The notes under the pieces: model-generated
The model's database searches: none
Seen by the model: only the letters and a program-made list of their open reading frames with translations
Told to the model about the DNA's origin: nothing
Part shown: positions 34,422-36,938 of the stretch, piece after piece
Layout: each line of letters opens with the position of its first letter
How positions within the stretch are numbered: position 1 is the first letter of the stretch
Position numbers and translations under genes: made by a program
Origin: a virus
Taxonomy: Duplodnaviria; Caudoviricetes
Length of the DNA: 36,938 nucleotides
IMG/VR virus record: IMGVR_UViG_3300032212_000079
Location: 1-36,938 of that record
Direction: 5' to 3' (one strand)

Positions 34422-34625
34422 TTACCCGATGTTCGATGCTTCACGGGGTTTGAAGGAGCGTAGCTTGGTTGGGTTTGCGGTCATCCAATTGACTCTGCCC
34501 CAGAGTGACAGCGGTTCACCCTTTGCATCTACGTGAGGGACGCCATGGACATCAAGACAGGTCATGCAGACATCATATTCAACTGCCTTACTTTCTGCGT
34601 CATTGTTGGTTTTTTTATCCATCAT
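34422..34625 (-). CDS. Hypothetical protein
   Basis: 67-aa ORF with CxxC, co-oriented with its neighbours. Confidence 0.55.
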   Translation of the reverse strand: MMDKKTNNDAESKAVEYDVCMTCLDVHGVPHVDAKGEPLSLWGRVNWMTANPTKLRSFKPREASNIG

Positions 34626-34640
34626 TCAGTCCAGTCAGAT

Positions 34641-34901
34641 CTAGTCAAGCCCTTTGCTTAAGTGTTTTTCCATCTGGGCATCGGTCATTGCTTTTTTCTC
34701 AAGCGACAGATATTCAAATACATACCAATCACCACTCTCACCCATATGATATAGAGAACGACGATTAACAAATTCAAGCCATCTATAATCTTGGCAGCCA
34801 ACCTTGACAGGAAACCAAGCAAACCACTTATGCCAGTCTTCAGTGGCTAAGCATTCATCGTAATAATCTTTTTTGCCAAACTTAATTTTCATGAGCTTCA
34901 T
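34641..34901 (-). CDS. Small phage protein (WHKWFAWFPV motif)
   Basis: The Trp-rich motif WHKWFAWFPVK…RWLEFV.RR is common in small phage accessory proteins. Confidence 0.7.
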   Translation of the reverse strand: MKLMKIKFGKKDYYDECLATEDWHKWFAWFPVKVGCQDYRWLEFVNRRSLYHMGESGDWYVFEYLSLEKKAMTDAQMEKHLSKGLD

Positions 34902-34925
34902 ATTATTAATTTATATTAGTGCTTA

Positions 34926-34955
34926 ATAATACATTATGCTGGTGGATAAGGTCAA
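34926..34955 (-). promoter_or_regulatory. Candidate leftward sigma70 promoter
   Basis: Minus strand reads TTGACC (34955-34950), 18 bp, TATTAT (34931-34926), in an AT-rich gap upstream of three small genes. Confidence 0.5.
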
Positions 34956-35134
34956 TTATTGTGGGGTTTAGGGGGGCGTTGTTTGTTGACGGAATTTGGT
35001 TAATTGTTGGGCTATGGTGTTATTCTAACCCCCGAAGCGCCACCCACTCCTTTTTGATTTGACCCTAAAAGACTACATGACTGTAGGGGTGGCGTTTCTT
35101 CTATTCCATTAGTTGGTTTGGATGGAGGGGCGGT

Positions 35135-35467
35135 TTATTTGGCTTGCTCTACAGTCTTATTCATAAGTTCCCAGCATGGGTCGCCATCATCCCACTGGAA
35201 AATATCACCATAGTGCAGTTTTACGTATATTGCTTTTATCAGAGTTAGCAGCTGTTCATTATCACTTGCCGCCTGCTTTTCCACGGCATTGGCGAACGCA
35301 ACAAGGTTTTCACCGTAATATGTTAGCTGGCCAATAGAAATAAATTTTGACGTTCCATCACCCATGTCGGTTAGCCTTGGGCGATCATACATGGATGACC
35401 CCATGCCAGTTTCATCTGCTATTTTCTTGATGTCTTTTATGTCCAATGTTGTCTCCAGTAATTTCAA
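35135..35467 (-). CDS. Hypothetical protein
   Basis: 110-aa ORF (TTG start) in a tightly packed leftward cluster. Confidence 0.6.
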   Translation of the reverse strand: MKLLETTLDIKDIKKIADETGMGSSMYDRPRLTDMGDGTSKFISIGQLTYYGENLVAFANAVEKQAASDNEQLLTLIKAIYVKLHYGDIFQWDDGDPCWELMNKTVEQAK

Positions 35468-35475
35468 CCCATAGC

Positions 35476-35805
35476 TTAGTAATATTGGTATAAAATTAAG
35501 ATAGCCAGAACCACCAAAGTAGCCACATATAAAGCTATGCTCAGAACGACGTCTATTGGCTTTCGTTTTGTGGTAAGTAAGTCGTTGACTTCGCGCAGCT
35601 TGTTTTCCATAAATCCATCTGCTGATTCTGGTGGCTTGTCAGTTAGATAAATAATTCCATCTCTAGCATTCCTGCCTTGATTGGGTGATTCTCGTATGAA
35701 GTGTATGGAACACATAGCCTCCCAAAATTCATCTGTAGAGCAAAACTTAATAACGGGGTTAGATTGCCTTGTGGCCACTAGTTTATCTTCGGTTGTTCCG
35801 GTCAT
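35476..35805 (-). CDS. Hypothetical protein with C-terminal transmembrane anchor
   Basis: Ends IDVVLSIALYVATLVVLAILILYQYY; ATGA overlap with the upstream gene. Confidence 0.7.
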   Translation of the reverse strand: MTGTTEDKLVATRQSNPVIKFCSTDEFWEAMCSIHFIRESPNQGRNARDGIIYLTDKPPESADGFMENKLREVNDLLTTKRKPIDVVLSIALYVATLVVLAILILYQYY

Positions 35806-36041
35806 TTCAATGTCTCCGCAGTATCAATAAAAGCATCAAAGTCGTCTTTGTCGCGGAATTCGTTCCAGCTGTTAATAGTGATACTTACTGGTGTTTCAGG
35901 GCATAGATTTGATGCTTCTTGTTTCACATAGGCATATGATGGAAATCTATTTGATTCAATCCCTACACTTCCAAGGCCTGATACTGTTGAGCCCTGCCAC
36001 ATGTAGGAAAACAGGAAGTAGCGTTTGATTTGGGCGGTCAT
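35802..36041 (-). CDS. Hypothetical protein
   Basis: 79 aa, GGAG RBS, ATGA overlaps on both sides. Confidence 0.7.
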   Translation of the reverse strand: MTAQIKRYFLFSYMWQGSTVSGLGSVGIESNRFPSYAYVKQEASNLCPETPVSITINSWNEFRDKDDFDAFIDTAETLK

Positions 36042-36577
36042 TGAGGGACTCCTGGTTGGACTAGCTCTTTCCTGATGTGGGTTTTATCCATCCCTTCCAT
36101 CATTTTTACGATTTTAAATAGCCTTGCTTTTTCTTCTGGCGATTGATCTTTGCAAGAACCTGATTCTTCATCGGCGCTATCTGGCGGATAAATGTCATTT
36201 TTGTGGATGAATGCAGAGAAAAGGGCTTCGATATCATCATTGAGCGCTATCTTGTAATGATGAAACATCAGCTCAACTTCGAGCATTTGCTGCGTGGTCA
36301 GGTCTGCGCCCAAGGTTTCGCGCTTCCTTCTGTTTGTCCACTTGCTGGCGTTTGGTGCTATTGATGTAATTATCTGTAGTACTAGTCGCTTTTCGATCTT
36401 TCCCTTATATTTAAACCAGTGGATATCAATTCTTTCATCTGTGATATCAGACAGGGAAAGACTGTGCTTGATGAGCAATTTTTCAAGCATTCTCTGTGCG
36501 TTGACCTTTTCTCCCCCTTCACCACGCTCTGCGAGGGCTAGTAGCTTTTTAAGCTTAGTTTCTAGTTTTTCATTCAT
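36038..36577 (-). CDS. DUF2786-like domain protein
   Basis: N-terminal KLKKLLALAERGEGGEKVNAQRMLEKLLIKHSLS fits the DUF2786 pattern; start set at ATG 36577 with an AGGGA RBS. Confidence 0.75.
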   Translation of the reverse strand: MNEKLETKLKKLLALAERGEGGEKVNAQRMLEKLLIKHSLSLSDITDERIDIHWFKYKGKIEKRLVLQIITSIAPNASKWTNRRKRETLGADLTTQQMLEVELMFHHYKIALNDDIEALFSAFIHKNDIYPPDSADEESGSCKDQSPEEKARLFKIVKMMEGMDKTHIRKELVQPGVPQ

Positions 36578-36625
36578 GATTATTTCCCTGGTAAAAACTT
36601 GTAACAAAACTTGTTTAAAGTCTTG

Positions 36626-36638
36626 TAAGTAGTTGATA
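36626..36638 (-). promoter_or_regulatory. IHF consensus site (distal)
   Basis: TAAGTAGTTGATA is the reverse complement of WATCAANNNNTTR. Confidence 0.5.
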
Positions 36639-36790
36639 AATAAAGGGGTGGAAACGTAGCTGTTTGTTTCAAAAAAAAGAGTAGGTAATTGATTTTCTTC
36701 GGAAGATTAGAGGACTTAAAATCCTTTGTGGATTTGTCTATAATCTTAGCTGCTTGCTGGGGGCGGTAATTCAGCAATAACTCACCCCAA

Positions 36791-36811
36791 ATGGTGTAAA
36801 AATGGTGTAAA
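36791..36811 (+). repeat. Tandem ATGGTGTAAA repeat, putative integrase arm-type sites
   Basis: Two exact 10-mers with an 11-bp period, about 100 bp from the att core. Confidence 0.65.
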
Positions 36812-36852
36812 CCGCAGACCATCTGAGACCAGCCCCAGACCGGCTTGGTTTT

Positions 36853-36865
36853 TAAGTCGTTGATT
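36853..36865 (-). promoter_or_regulatory. IHF consensus site in the att arm
   Basis: TAAGTCGTTGATT is the reverse complement of WATCAANNNNTTR and lies between the arm repeats and the core. Confidence 0.7.
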
Positions 36866-36910
36866 TTTAAGGGTGTGAAATGGTCTGGGGAGGTCTGAAA
36901 AGTATAGGGA

Positions 36911-36938
36911 GAGGGTTCGAATCCCTCCTTCTCCGCCA
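36911..36938 (+). other. att core: 3' fragment of a tRNA (probably tRNA-Ser), attR
   Basis: T-arm GAGGG-TTCGAAT-CCCTC, acceptor strand CTTCTCC, discriminator G and CCA; no matching 5' half upstream. Confidence 0.85.

Larger units (their letters stand above)
1..36938 (+). mobile_element. Prophage (podovirus-like morphogenesis module), right part up to attR
   Basis: Contiguous TerS-TerL-portal-scaffold-capsid-adaptor-nozzle-fibre-ejection gene order with no tape measure, sheath or tube gene; ends in a tRNA 3' fragment. No integrase in the window. Confidence 0.93.

Noticed and set aside
34329-34424. The 67-aa and 103-aa minus-strand ORFs share a frame, separated by one TAA and 31 sense codons (read-through or split gene?)
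   Set aside because: An open stretch this short is common by chance, and there is no other evidence for fusion.
36580-36822. 80-aa minus-strand ORF and the 112-aa plus-strand ORF at 36294-36632
   Set aside because: They run across att-arm/regulatory DNA or antisense to the DUF2786-like gene and show no protein-like features.
36840-36938. Complete tRNA gene at the window end
   Set aside because: Only the T-arm, 3' acceptor strand and CCA are present; no complementary 5' acceptor strand, D-arm or anticodon arm lies upstream.

Overview
This window holds the late (lysis and morphogenesis) region and right end of a temperate podovirus-type prophage. It ends exactly at a 3' tRNA-Ser fragment (…CCA), which looks like attR and is preceded by IHF sites and arm-type repeats. 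On the + strand the order is: a strong sigma70-like promoter with two tandem terminators, small and repeat-rich structural genes, holin/endolysin/holin, TerS, TerL, portal, scaffold, N4-gp56-type major capsid, adaptor, nozzle, tail fibre, and putative ejection proteins with a GNAT. These end in a 3717-aa polyvalent virion protein (SF2 helicase, adenine MTase, HExxGH peptidase-like, degenerate BECR-like, PRTase and PLxRFG-like modules). Small accessory genes follow on the - strand. The most striking signal is a ~31-aa motif found four times in three proteins: at the C-terminus of one ejection protein, twice in the giant protein, and in a small convergent membrane-anchored protein. The membrane protein's copy matches one giant-gene copy at 57/58 nt. 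This suggests a lysogen-expressed decoy or receptor for the phage's own ejection machinery, possibly for superinfection exclusion. Family assignments come from motif recognition by eye; no searches were run.
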